64,000 bases of DNA from a virus. Below, piece by piece: positions 17,801 through 28,500 of this stretch (its first letter is position 1; every line of letters starts with the position of its first letter). The stretch is from positions 39,352-103,351 of IMG/VR virus record IMGVR_UViG_3300020221_000005; one strand, given 5' to 3'. The notes under the pieces were generated by a model that was not told the DNA's origin, did not search any database, and saw only the letters and a list, made by a program, of their open reading frames with translations. A program made the translations under genes and the position numbers.

Positions 17801-19800
17801 AAAATGAATTTTGCGTCGATCCAATTGACAAAAAATTTAGTTTTTATTTATCAGGATCATATAATGAAAAATTTAATAGTTTAGGTGCAATTACGGCTTT
17901 TGGAAATCCAAACGAAAAAATAGATTTAATTTCAGAACTTAGTAACATACCGATCGTTAGTAGAGAGGCCATTTTACAAGGGGTAATTTCTGAGAGTTTT
18001 GGTAACGTTGGTGATATAACCGATTTAGTTACAGAATTTGATTATAATGATTTCTTTAGATTTACGGAGTTGCAACAATATTCACTCAGTAAGTTTTATG
18101 GTTGTTTGGATAAAATTACCATACAAAAAACCCCGATTTCAGACGAGAACTTTTATACAAAATGTAAAAATTTTAATTCTTATTATCAGGGCCAACCGTC
18201 TTCGAGTTACGACGATATTTTGTTTAGATTTAATTTAGGCGTTCCGATAGATATTATTTCTGGTTCTTTTTTAGAAGACGGATATAAGGTAAATAATGTA
18301 AATCCACGTTATAATAACATATATGCAGCCGTTCATAATGTAGTGGGAAATAATTATTACAATCGTTTTAATACGTCAAGTTGTGTAAGCGAATCATATT
18401 CTATATTTCCGCATCAGACTCGTGAATTTAATATTAGGAACGAATATTTTACAGCAGAAATAGGTCCTAGTAGATTCGAAAATGATAAAGTAAATAAAAG
18501 TGTGAGATATACATACGATGGCACTCTTTCTCCATTGAAATCTCAAACTTATAAAAATAAGAATGAATACTATGTAGATACTAATAAAATTGGGGTGTTT
18601 TTATCTCCCATTCATGAGCGAAATAAATCTATATTAGATTTTTTTGGAAATTATGAAATTGTTTCTTCAATTTCAGATCCAAGAGAACGTTTTGGAAGAA
18701 AATATTTAGGGCTTGAGAAATTAAGAGAATATTATTATGGAGAAAATTACATAAATAAAATTTTATTTAACGAATTATTTACAATTTATAAAACGTATGT
18801 TGACGGAAGTATTTTTGATACTCTTAAAAACTTATTACCCGCTAGAAATAAAGTTTATACCGGGCTGTTAATAGAACCTACAATTTTAGAAAGAAATAGG
18901 ATTGAAGAAAAACCTGTCAATATAACCAATTTACACGTTTTAACTGCCAGTATTCAATTATCTAATATCTTAGGTGACGTAGATAGTTCTACTATTAGTT
19001 ATCTCACAAATTCTATTGTCGACTTAAAATTATATAAAAACAGTTTTGTGTTTGGTGATTATTCGTTTGAAGGATACAAATCTATAACTGATGTTCCTGA
19101 TTTGTATATGAATAATATATTTGTCGACCATAATGGATTGGCTGACGTAGATGGAAAAAAATATTTTGCATATAGTAAAATTAATAAAAAAACTGTGACT
19201 TATTCTTCGGATAATATTACGTCTTCAAATGTTACTAAAGATTTTATTTCTGTAGAATTAATTAATAGCGGCAGTTCGTTTACAACATCTTCTGCACATA
19301 ATATACTTTCTGATCTGCGAAATTTTCCACATATAAGTAGAAAAAATTTATCGCTTAGAAAAGAACTGTATTATGTTACAGGCAGTCTTGCTGACGTAGA
19401 TTTACCTCCGAGTTATTTCGGTAAAGGTAGACAAAATAGATTTACAACAATTAATGAATCTGGAAACGATAACCGAGAACCAATAATTAGAATTGATACT
19501 AGCCAAGCGGTGATAGGAACTCCGATCACCTCTTCAATATCTAGATTACAACTTCTACCTTGGTTTGGAAATCTAAGAAAACTACCGAGATTTGCTTCGC
19601 CATACCTTGGATCTGTAATAGACATAGAAACCAAAAATAGATTTAATACGGCTAAATTGTATATATCGAGTGGAGAAATAATCTTAAACGGCTCTCAATT
19701 AATAAATGAAAATTCCACCACGACTATAAAACAATATACTAAATATAGAATTCCAGAAGATTTTCAACCAAATGTGTTATTTGGTGGGAGAGGATTGTAA
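14857..19800 (+). CDS. large baseplate wedge protein (gp7/P2 gpI-like motif)
   Basis: FLSMIGHTFDNIYLY and IWKRILNNLPSIYKTKGTEECLRQIFSIYG (gpI-like KGT motif), VDYTNFSNFVVFSSA; baseplate context. Confidence 0.65.
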   Translation: MLSIITQSSDKINQISFLSLKDSELLSLSSSREYFFGEQDTDLISVGIFDSQKQLISSGEITGSSSNLKVYYDYEDVDGNIFKDYYFPIKSNLIQDLNKNILISIEDIIDSQSVTNNNFYLSITPTSPFFSQKNPLIIKEISNSRKEIKFIKNFADESVINDISVTFNGNQILLNGNQEIKIKKGTVYNLNFTNQDINIVRFSKTKDGKFFSGGSDYVKNILYKQSTKQIILDATEDIPNTLFVYNRNFKDNNAIIQFEGEVDSKIFKLNTEFLALEQKSFINKKLCSEFEYYLNSFSLSEIFSKTKDNYETEINSLKFLFSLVDDDGVMGILRSIYYGESYYDATLRKQKKLLGIKDYIINYLKFNYEFINTFDYTRTIFSNINNFTCNKRLLFFNPNVNISKQSKQQYVDSFRYVSTVMSEFLTYVINSIELQYLSKFKSPLKNTIKFKENELFFILNSKIQNDEFLVKLKDPIPDNYNAGDFCEISNNSYTPFFQIINFETDSIKSTIKLTRPNFNIDINEPSTRTIGSQYFNNNELKLNRIDNNKINADKKIKNINVDYTNFSNFVVFSSANLRIKIFQNKIIKETLLDEENQKLKSLDSSGSSVNDKFNVHKKIEDNNKEIDEIYSGFDGYESYLYNTNKFIYNSTLKKFTESKTNKSSSDFVDQLLNDSTYYDKNNRDSLINNTPEYVYLNENNDEYLKFLSMIGHTFDNIYLYISSIGIYKKVGEDYSTGISSDFINHILSSFGFDTPPNVSGILENASIEECYLDKFKKADLKNSISLDKKTKIIWKRILNNLPSIYKTKGTEECLRQIFSIYGIPNNMILVKEFGGGYTKNEISSSYLVDEKEYLLEFVGGDDEYVEIKNLTPYKSIDFKLFIDKEKYKNLNRLIVPIHGTFNDLGDPVYSLGFIKFTEKLGSLYFIIKNENFLPVVYITSPFYMFNGEVMNILLRKNEASKKFEHPIDENILPIQYDIVIHQNEFCVDPIDKKFSFYLSGSYNEKFNSLGAITAFGNPNEKIDLISELSNIPIVSREAILQGVISESFGNVGDITDLVTEFDYNDFFRFTELQQYSLSKFYGCLDKITIQKTPISDENFYTKCKNFNSYYQGQPSSSYDDILFRFNLGVPIDIISGSFLEDGYKVNNVNPRYNNIYAAVHNVVGNNYYNRFNTSSCVSESYSIFPHQTREFNIRNEYFTAEIGPSRFENDKVNKSVRYTYDGTLSPLKSQTYKNKNEYYVDTNKIGVFLSPIHERNKSILDFFGNYEIVSSISDPRERFGRKYLGLEKLREYYYGENYINKILFNELFTIYKTYVDGSIFDTLKNLLPARNKVYTGLLIEPTILERNRIEEKPVNITNLHVLTASIQLSNILGDVDSSTISYLTNSIVDLKLYKNSFVFGDYSFEGYKSITDVPDLYMNNIFVDHNGLADVDGKKYFAYSKINKKTVTYSSDNITSSNVTKDFISVELINSGSSFTTSSAHNILSDLRNFPHISRKNLSLRKELYYVTGSLADVDLPPSYFGKGRQNRFTTINESGNDNREPIIRIDTSQAVIGTPITSSISRLQLLPWFGNLRKLPRFASPYLGSVIDIETKNRFNTAKLYISSGEIILNGSQLINENSTTTIKQYTKYRIPEDFQPNVLFGGRGL

Positions 19801-19848
19801 ATAAAAAATAATAAAAAATAAAATTTTGAACTATTTATTAATTAAAAT

Positions 19849-20481
19849 ATGGCATACTTAGACAACAAATCCATCGTAGTTGATGCAGTTTTAACAAAAA
19901 AAGGTAGAGAACTTCTAGCCAAAAATGGAAGCTTACAAATAACATCGTTTGCATTAGCCGACGACGAAATAAATTATGGACTTTATAACGAAAACGCGGC
20001 ATCCGAGGACCTAAAGGAGATTGCTCTAATAAACACTCCTATTTTTGAACCTACGGTCGATGACACACAGACGATGAAATATAAGTTAGTTACCTTAGAT
20101 CAGGGAACTACATTTATTCCTACTGTTACAATCGCACAATCTTCAATTAGTGTGGTATCTACATATAACGGTCGTATCGTAATATCGCCATCGACCACAC
20201 CATCAAATTATAATGCTAATGGAGGATATACTGCGATATTGGGAAATTCTAAAGTTGGAACGTTGATTGTCACGATTGAAGCTCCCATAACCACCAACGT
20301 AGGTACAGTAACGGCGTTCGCTGGTGATCAATCTTCGGAAAATTCACAAGCTTTGGTAGGATTAGAATTTGCATTTACACCTTCTGCAAAATTATCACAG
20401 ACCACCACTACCACACTAACTATCATAGGAAACGAAAGTGGCGGTGGTGTAAGTATTCCTGTAACTATAACCGTCGAATAA
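19849..20481 (+). CDS. baseplate/tail-fibre attachment protein
   Basis: DAVLTKKGRELLA...ITSFALADDE resembles the P2 gpH-type tail-collar N-terminal domain. Confidence 0.6.
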   Translation: MAYLDNKSIVVDAVLTKKGRELLAKNGSLQITSFALADDEINYGLYNENAASEDLKEIALINTPIFEPTVDDTQTMKYKLVTLDQGTTFIPTVTIAQSSISVVSTYNGRIVISPSTTPSNYNANGGYTAILGNSKVGTLIVTIEAPITTNVGTVTAFAGDQSSENSQALVGLEFAFTPSAKLSQTTTTTLTIIGNESGGGVSIPVTITVE

Positions 20482-20485
20482 CTTT

Positions 20486-21577
20486 ATGGCAAATTTTAAA
20501 ATTTATCAACCATTTGAATCGACTGACATAATTTCAGGAAAAACCACAGGAGTTTCTAGCGGTTATTTTCCTGGAGGTGACATTAGTATTTCACAGTCTT
20601 TTTTTCTAACTTCAAGTGCTCAGACAAAATTAATAGGTTCAAATGGTAGTTATGATGTGTTAAATGGATTGTATTATACTAATGTATATAATAACAGTAT
20701 AAGTAATCCACAACTATTATTTTCGATTGCATATGGTTCTACAAGTGGCGGAGGAACAAGTACTGCCAACTCGGTATTTTCTAGTTCGGCCGCAATTTAC
20801 AATCAATATAAAAACATATTATTAGGAATTTCAGATTTAGATGGAAAATTTAGTTTTAAAACAGGTAGTATAGGTTCTTCTACTTTTATCACGAGTTCGG
20901 AAGTGTTTATAATTGCATTTAGTTCGGATTTGATGAAGGATCAAATTGATAGAGGTCAGTGGTCGTTTACTATTTCAGGTTCTTTTGGTTCTAGTAGTTT
21001 ATCTTTAATTGATGAATATCCTATTCTATCTTCAACGGAACAAAAGGAACAACGGTTGGTATATCAAGTTATTACTGGAAGTTATAACGCAGCTACAGGA
21101 CAGAATGGAACAATTTCTTCCCGCGAATATCATGGTTTGGGATTGTTTTATCCTAAAAACGGAATCATTGTTTTAAACGCAAACAAATTAGCACAATACG
21201 CCGGTCATGTTTTTGATAACACGACCGCCTCATCGATAATAAATCATCAAGAACTATTCAAAAAATTAAAAGGCGCGACTAATTCTGTAATGCGTGTAAG
21301 AAAAACTGAGGCGGTCCCATCAACACACTATTTTATTAGAGTTAAAAATCAAGACTATAATTTCTCAAATAATCCATCTTTTATTCATCAAACGACAGAT
21401 GCAAATACTACAAAGGGAGATATAATTAATGGTCTCCAAACTGAGCCCAAGACTTTTGTGACTACGGTGGGTTTGTATAACGACCTGAATGAATTGGTTG
21501 CAGTAGCTAAATTAAGTAGACCAACGAAAAAAGACTTTACCACGGAATTGTTGATTAGAGTGAGATTAGATTTCTAA
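20486..21577 (+). CDS. baseplate structural protein
   Basis: C-terminal YNFSNNPSF...FVTTVGLYND..ELVAVAKLSRP...IRVRLDF, paralogous to the C-terminus of 25584-30071. Confidence 0.65.
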   Translation: MANFKIYQPFESTDIISGKTTGVSSGYFPGGDISISQSFFLTSSAQTKLIGSNGSYDVLNGLYYTNVYNNSISNPQLLFSIAYGSTSGGGTSTANSVFSSSAAIYNQYKNILLGISDLDGKFSFKTGSIGSSTFITSSEVFIIAFSSDLMKDQIDRGQWSFTISGSFGSSSLSLIDEYPILSSTEQKEQRLVYQVITGSYNAATGQNGTISSREYHGLGLFYPKNGIIVLNANKLAQYAGHVFDNTTASSIINHQELFKKLKGATNSVMRVRKTEAVPSTHYFIRVKNQDYNFSNNPSFIHQTTDANTTKGDIINGLQTEPKTFVTTVGLYNDLNELVAVAKLSRPTKKDFTTELLIRVRLDF

Positions 21578-21607
21578 AATTACAATTCGATTGATATTTA
21601 TGGTAGA

Positions 21608-24600
21608 ATGATTAAAAGTCTAAATAAAGATGACATAAATTCAGTTCCATTTGTTGTATCAAAAAGATGGAGAGCCACAAGCAAATCTAATATAAATTTA
21701 TTGGGGGATGTGGATTTCGAGTATCTATTTACTGACGCCAATTTTGTTTCAGAGTCTAAAACTCATAAATTTATATCAGAATCTAAATCTTTTACAAATA
21801 AGTTTGTTGCTGAAAATACGGTTCAGTCAGTTGGTTTGCTTTCAACAAAGCCGTTTGCTATAGAATATCTTGATTATGGTGATGGTTGGCAATTTGGTTG
21901 CACTTCTTCTTTGGTCGCCGAACCAACATATTCAATAATAATGGAAGATACAAGTAGTGGTCAAGTGGATTTGCATGTGCAGGGATCTTCGGATTATTGG
22001 TTACTCGAATCATATGCAGATATAAGTAACAGCAAATCTCCATACAACGGACCTTCGTATAGATTTGATTTGGCTATGGATGTGCCGTTTACAAATTCTA
22101 TATGTAATCTTTGTTTAGAACAAACGGAAGATAATTTTTTAACTATAGAAGATGGAATAAAGACTGAACAATTTATAAAATTCGATCCAGACATCGAGGT
22201 TCAAAATTTGAGTGATACATATAAAAGAATAATATACGATCAGACTAAAAATTTATTTTATAACGATTCTAAAGATCCAACTAAGTTATTGGGATTAGAA
22301 AATTTAGACGTGATTTTGGACGGAAAAAAAAGAGTTATATATGACAGAATTAAAGTAGTAACTATCCCACAAGCTTATTTTGGTGATAAAATAATGGAAA
22401 ATAGCGTGGAAATAATAGAAAATTCTAGCGATCAAACTTACACAGTAGTGGATGATGGCAAAGGCAATTTACATGTAAAAGAAAAAGTATTCGGCGTAAT
22501 TACATCGGATCAAAATAAAGATATAAACCATTTTAATTCTTGTTCTTGTGTAAATTTTGATGGGGTCGAATTCTTTTTAAACGAAGATTCTGTGACGGAA
22601 TTAAATTGGCAATATTACAAAAATAATATTCTTTTTGTCGATAGAAACTTCGCACACGATTTTTACATTTATGGATATGATACTACAAATAAAATAAAAC
22701 CAAAAGAAGTAGAGTCTTATCTAATGTATATTGGAGATGCTGGTTTTGACGTTGGCGGTGGAATACAACACAGCGAAAACTCTGATAGTGCTTCGGTTAT
22801 GGCTATGGCTATACAAACCGATGACAAAGTGCTTATCGGCGGAAGATTCACCAGTTACAACAATACACCAAGCTCTATTCTCGCTCGAATAAACATTGAC
22901 GGTACTTTGGATGGACCCTTCAACAACAATCTTAATCTTTCCTTCAGAGGTAACGTATATAACTATGTTACATCTATTTTGATTTATCCGACGAGCAGTA
23001 ATAATTCAGGCAAAATTCTTATCGGCGGCAATTTCATTTATTCCGGAAAGCAAGGAATTGTTCGAATTAACTCCAATGGTACGCTTGATGAGACATTCAA
23101 CGGTGTAGGTGTTGGATTTAATAACGTAGTGACTGATATCGCATTACAGTCTGATGAAAAAATCATTGCGGTTGGGAGTTTCACCAGTTACAATGGTTAC
23201 ACCGTTCCTTCAATAGTTAGATTGAATAAAAATGGCGAAATCGACACCACGTTTACATCTTCTGGCTACTGGACAAATCAACCCAATCCACCTACTCCAG
23301 CCTTGAATATTCTGAACAAGGTAATTGTCTATCCCACGGGAAATAATACAGACAAAATTTTGATCGGTGGAGAGTTTATTGCTCTTACATCATCGGGCGG
23401 GCCTGTTAACCGCGATCGGTATCTTATACGACTCAAAAAAGACGGTGAGTTTGACAACGACTTCGGATATTACAACCACGCGGGTGGAATTAATGATATG
23501 GTATTATTACCAGATGAAAAAATAATTATTGCCGGCAGTTTCGGTTCTAATCCACACGGAATTCAACGACTTAAACCGCCGACGACGAACATAACGGTTA
23601 GCCGTGATGAAACCTTTAACATTCCACCGACACAGACTGGCACTGAAGCTTATCCTTCAAGATCATTTTCTGTTGCTTTACAGTCGGACGGTAAAATACT
23701 TCTCGGCGGCATTTTCAATAGATATGATAACACACCAGAACAACATAGTATCCTTCGTCTAAACTCTGATGGTGAGCTCGACACTACCTTTAGGAGCGGG
23801 TTGCCGCTCGCCGAGGGGCTGCTTAAAGCTGTTGATTCCATCAAACCACTGTCAGATGGTAGAATAATGATAGGCGGAAAGTTTTCCACATATGATGGTC
23901 AGAGTGTCAATAATATTGCTCGGCTTAATAACAACGGAAGGCTTCAAACTACGCAGTCGGTTTCGTTAACTAAAATACCTCACGATGAACTTTTGGGTAA
24001 TTTTAGAAAAATAGAGTGTGGAGATAATTTTGCCGCAATTTTAAAAACAAACGGTCAGTTAGTTGTTTGGGGAGAAAGTGAGGTGTCTAAATCTGTTCCA
24101 ATTTTTGGTGGCCTACTTATTGATATATCGGCGGGAGATCATCATATGATTGCTTTAGATGAAAACGGTAAAGTTTATGTTTGGGGAAATTCGTTGTATA
24201 CTGGTTCTATACCAACTTTTGTCGATAATAATTACTCTTATATAAAAGCAGGTCCAAGTGGAAGTGTGATTATTCATAAAAACGGATCAATTTATGGATT
24301 TGGACACAACAGTTTAACAAGTTCATTTTTTACCGCATCAAAAATTCCACAAAAATCTAATGTTAAAAAAATATCATTTGGAAAATCGCATGGAATGATT
24401 TTAGATAATGATGGTAATTTGTATTCTTGGGGGGCGAACGATACATACAGTCAATCAAAAATTCCAAATTTAGAAAATGTCAACATATCGGATGTTCAAT
24501 GTGGAGATGATCATACTATTATTTTAAAAAATAATGGTGAGTGTGTGGCGTGGGGAAAAAATGATTATTCACAATCTTTTATACCGTTTGGACAAAATAT

Positions 24601-25597
24601 TAATTCGTCGTGGTCTAATCCTCCTCCGCCAACGTCGGTCGCGACAAAGGGTTTAATTGATGGAGTTTCGATTGACGCTAAAGCCGACAGAAGTGCGGTT
24701 TATATAAAAAAATATACAGATGTTAGTCTGTTGCAATCTGAATTTGGACATGCATTTAAATTTGGATTTTCTTGGGGTGAACATCCTTTTGTAACAAAAT
24801 ACATGTTTAAAAGTATTGGTTTGGGTAGAAATTTTACTTTTTTAGACCCAAATATAAGATATCAAAAATTTATTTATAATAATGATTATACTTCGCCTAA
24901 AGTGATGAAAGGAACTTTTGATTTTTTTACCGACGTCAATTTTACTATAAATTTAAATACTACAAAACAATATAATTTAACCAACTATGACGTTAAAATT
25001 CTACCCACGCACGAACCGCATGGAACTCGACTATTTTCAGGATTAGAAATTTTAACTAAAAAATATAATAATAAAGAAAAATATTCATATATTGCTTCAA
25101 ATAAAGCACAATCTAATTTTGAAAATGAGATACCAAATATAAATAACATTTCTATGTCAGTGGGTGTCAAGGAATTTTATTTAAATACAGGATCTTTGAA
25201 TTTAGCGGATTTACATTATGGTGGTTATAGAAACGTTCCCGTTTATATTACACAACTAACAAGTGACATTTCAATGGGACAAACAGGTTCTAGAAATTAT
25301 AATGTAACTATGACAGGAAAGTTTTTAAATTATAATAAATCTCAGAATAAATTAACTGTATATATTGATTCGGCGACAGACAACTTGGTTCATAACAATT
25401 GGGCAATAGATTTTGAAAAAATTAACGTATATGAAATTATAGATGAACTTGATTTATCCAATTCTAAATTTGATAAATTTTATTTTAATGAAATATTTTT
25501 ATATACAACGTCATCTAATATGAATTCCATAATAAATGATGAACAATTTTTTATTAAATATATAAAGAATAATACAAGTGATAATGTATATGCATAA
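21608..25597 (+). CDS. large virion protein: N-half of the baseplate fold plus Delta-60 (DUF5122-like) and RCC1/BLIP-II beta-propeller repeats
   Basis: IPQAYFGDKI...DDGKGNL; repeats of AxQxDxKILIGGxFxxY...RLNxDGxLDxTF (about 22790-23945); IxxGxxHxxxLxxxGxxxxWG repeats (about 24000-24600). Confidence 0.75.
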   Translation: MIKSLNKDDINSVPFVVSKRWRATSKSNINLLGDVDFEYLFTDANFVSESKTHKFISESKSFTNKFVAENTVQSVGLLSTKPFAIEYLDYGDGWQFGCTSSLVAEPTYSIIMEDTSSGQVDLHVQGSSDYWLLESYADISNSKSPYNGPSYRFDLAMDVPFTNSICNLCLEQTEDNFLTIEDGIKTEQFIKFDPDIEVQNLSDTYKRIIYDQTKNLFYNDSKDPTKLLGLENLDVILDGKKRVIYDRIKVVTIPQAYFGDKIMENSVEIIENSSDQTYTVVDDGKGNLHVKEKVFGVITSDQNKDINHFNSCSCVNFDGVEFFLNEDSVTELNWQYYKNNILFVDRNFAHDFYIYGYDTTNKIKPKEVESYLMYIGDAGFDVGGGIQHSENSDSASVMAMAIQTDDKVLIGGRFTSYNNTPSSILARINIDGTLDGPFNNNLNLSFRGNVYNYVTSILIYPTSSNNSGKILIGGNFIYSGKQGIVRINSNGTLDETFNGVGVGFNNVVTDIALQSDEKIIAVGSFTSYNGYTVPSIVRLNKNGEIDTTFTSSGYWTNQPNPPTPALNILNKVIVYPTGNNTDKILIGGEFIALTSSGGPVNRDRYLIRLKKDGEFDNDFGYYNHAGGINDMVLLPDEKIIIAGSFGSNPHGIQRLKPPTTNITVSRDETFNIPPTQTGTEAYPSRSFSVALQSDGKILLGGIFNRYDNTPEQHSILRLNSDGELDTTFRSGLPLAEGLLKAVDSIKPLSDGRIMIGGKFSTYDGQSVNNIARLNNNGRLQTTQSVSLTKIPHDELLGNFRKIECGDNFAAILKTNGQLVVWGESEVSKSVPIFGGLLIDISAGDHHMIALDENGKVYVWGNSLYTGSIPTFVDNNYSYIKAGPSGSVIIHKNGSIYGFGHNSLTSSFFTASKIPQKSNVKKISFGKSHGMILDNDGNLYSWGANDTYSQSKIPNLENVNISDVQCGDDHTIILKNNGECVAWGKNDYSQSFIPFGQNINSSWSNPPPPTSVATKGLIDGVSIDAKADRSAVYIKKYTDVSLLQSEFGHAFKFGFSWGEHPFVTKYMFKSIGLGRNFTFLDPNIRYQKFIYNNDYTSPKVMKGTFDFFTDVNFTINLNTTKQYNLTNYDVKILPTHEPHGTRLFSGLEILTKKYNNKEKYSYIASNKAQSNFENEIPNINNISMSVGVKEFYLNTGSLNLADLHYGGYRNVPVYITQLTSDISMGQTGSRNYNVTMTGKFLNYNKSQNKLTVYIDSATDNLVHNNWAIDFEKINVYEIIDELDLSNSKFDKFYFNEIFLYTTSSNMNSIINDEQFFIKYIKNNTSDNVYA

Positions 25598-28500
25598 AAA
25601 TATTTACATAGATAAAAAAGATTTTGGTTATTCGGTAGCTATAAGCGACGTATACGCTTTAATAGGAAATCCATCTTTTGAGTCTTTTAACAGTTCATCT
25701 GCAAATCCAATTTTAGAAGAGGGTTCGGTGGATGTGTATAAATATAATTCTAATACTAGTTCAACTTTTATATATGATAGAACAATAAAATTATCTTCTT
25801 TGAAAGAAGATTATTATGCGTTATATACAGAAAATTATACCACAAGCTCAAACTCTATTGCGTCACTATCGGGAAGTTATTCGTTATCGACAGAAACGAA
25901 CACTTCAGGTTCTAATTCTGGATCTGTTGCCATATTTAACAACTATGAATTTTTATTAGCAAACTCAGAAGACATGTTTACATTATCATCTGACTTTGGT
26001 AGAAGTTTAGATATATATGAAAATTTATGTGCGATAGGTTGTACTAGAATGACTTATACGTTTTTAAACATGGATGAAGTAATTAGAAACGAAGAAGGTT
26101 GCATAGAAATTCACGATCTTTCAAAAGAAAAATCAAAGACTCAAACTATATTTGCTCCTATCAATTCGTCGTTTTTAAATTTTACATCTATAGATACAGG
26201 ATCAAATTCATTTGGATGGTCAGTATCTATCAATAAAGATTTTCTTGTGGTGGGAAGTCCTTATACAAAGAATAGTGGGTCGGTTTTTATATTTAAACGT
26301 GACTCGGACGAATATACCTATCATAGTTACATTACTTCTAGCGGACAAAACTTGTTTGGTTCTTGTTTGAAATTAGACAAAAACTTTAATAAGTTGATAG
26401 TAGGAAATGGAAGTATTATCGATAATAATTCAAAAGCTTATTTATATGAATATGTATTAACCACAGATAAATGGGAGTTAATTCAAGAATTTACATCTAA
26501 TAAAACCGTCGAAAATCTAAAAATTTTACCCGTACCACAACACGATCCTGTAATTGCTCTTCCTGACGGATATGGCAATTCAGTATCTATTTACTGTTCT
26601 TCTTCTACAGATGTGGCGGTCGCGGTTGGTGCGCCATACGACAGAATTTATAAAGAATTTAGTGGTTCAAATTGTTATCGAGATGGTTGTGTATATGTTT
26701 ACAATTCAAAAAATTGTATATTGCCAAGCGGAAAGTGCGAATCTACTATTGTCGGATCAAATATAGTTAAGGGGTTATTTCATTTTCCAAATGTGTTTCA
26801 TAGTGCGAGAGCCGTTCTTGTTCAGCCAGATGATTCGATATTTATTGGTGGAGAATTCATATATTATAATGCTGAATCTAACTTTCGTAATCGACTGGTA
26901 AAACTTTCTAAAGACGGCGAACTTACATCTTTAACCGCTTCACTTTTCGGTAGCACCGTGCGCGACCTGATTAAAACCGGTAGTAAAATAATTACAAGAG
27001 GTATACATCCTCGTTTGGGTCGGTTTAATTCTAGCGACGGTAGCACCGATAACGATGATAATACGTTTTTTAATAATGTCGAGTCTGTTATAGCTGACGG
27101 TAACGGTTTGAGCTGTGTCGCGGTTACCGCTGACAATAAGATTTTAATTAGTGGAAATTTTACTAGAGGTGTGAAAGAAATCACAGCAGGTTTTTATCAC
27201 ACCGTGGTTATAAAACGAGATAACACCGTAGCGGCGTGGGGATTAAACAACGAGGGCCAAACCACCGGCACACCAACAACCGCCCCGCCTCACATCGAGA
27301 CGGGAAATCCGGTCACATTGAGCGGCCAGGTTTTGAGAAACGTGGTGGCCATCGCGGCGGGTTGGGCTCACACCGTGGCCTTGAAGTCGGATGGCACCGT
27401 GGTGGCGTGGGGAAGCAACGACTATGGCCAAACCACCGTGCCCTTCAACCTGAGCGGCGTGGTGGCCATCGCGGCGGGTGAGAATCACACCGTGGCCTTG
27501 AAGTCGGATGGCACCGTGGTGGCGTGGGGAAACAACTACTTTGGCCAAACTACCGGCACACCAACAACCGCCGCTCCTTACACCGCGACGGCAAATCCGG
27601 TCACATTGAACGGCCAGATTTTGAGCGACGTGGTGGCCATCGCGGGGGGTTTGTATAACACCGTGGCCTTGAAGTTGGATGGCACCGTGGTGGCGTGGGG
27701 CTCTGGCCAAACCACCGTGCCCGCCGGCCTGAGCGGCGTGGTGGCCATCGCGGCGGGTGAGGAGCACACCGTGGCCTTGAAATCGAATGGCACCGTGGTG
27801 GCGTGGGGAGCCAACTACGCTGGCCAAACCACCGTGCCCGACGGACTGAGCGGCGTGGTGGCCATCGCGGGGGGTGAGCGTCACACCGTGGCCTTGAAGT
27901 CGGATGGCACCGTGGTGGCGTGGGGAGGGAACGACTTTAGCCAAAGCACCGTGCCGTCAGTCATCAACAACACTACTACAGGAAGCAATTACATATCTAG
28001 AATAAACGGCACCACGGGTGAAATTGACCCTACATTTTCACATACAGGTTCAGGACCATTTAGGCCTGCGCAGCGTCGGCCTGTCCCCGCCCCGGCAATT
28101 AGTGCTATTCTTCCGTTATCAAACAATAAAATACTTGTCGGAGGTCATTTACCGTTTTACGACAATGTAACGACGGACCATATCGTTCGGCTCAACTCGG
28201 ACGGCACCCTCGACCAAACTTTTACGGCAAAATGTAAAGGAGGCATAGTAAACACAATAGTCGGACAAATCGATAATAAAATACTTGTCGGAGGAAGTTT
28301 CACTTCTGTTAGTATCGATGGGGTTAACTATTCCAAAAGAGGAATATTTCGACTTAATGAAAACGGCACGTTTGACACTTCTTTCGTCGGGTCAGGAATA
28401 GGTGCTGGTCAAGATATTCATAAAATTTTTACTGTTCCATCCTCCGGTAAAATTATGATTATTGGCTCCTTCACCACATTCAACGGCATATCAATTAATA

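Noticed and set aside
27236-27944. Alternative-frame and antisense ORFs in the RCC1 cassette
   Set aside because: Expected in GC-rich repetitive DNA; only the main frame gives RCC1 motifs.
27342-27960. Possible CRISPR array or DGR template/variable repeat
   Set aside because: The repeats are in-frame coding units without unique spacers, the differences are not adenine-specific, and no cas or reverse transcriptase gene is in the window.
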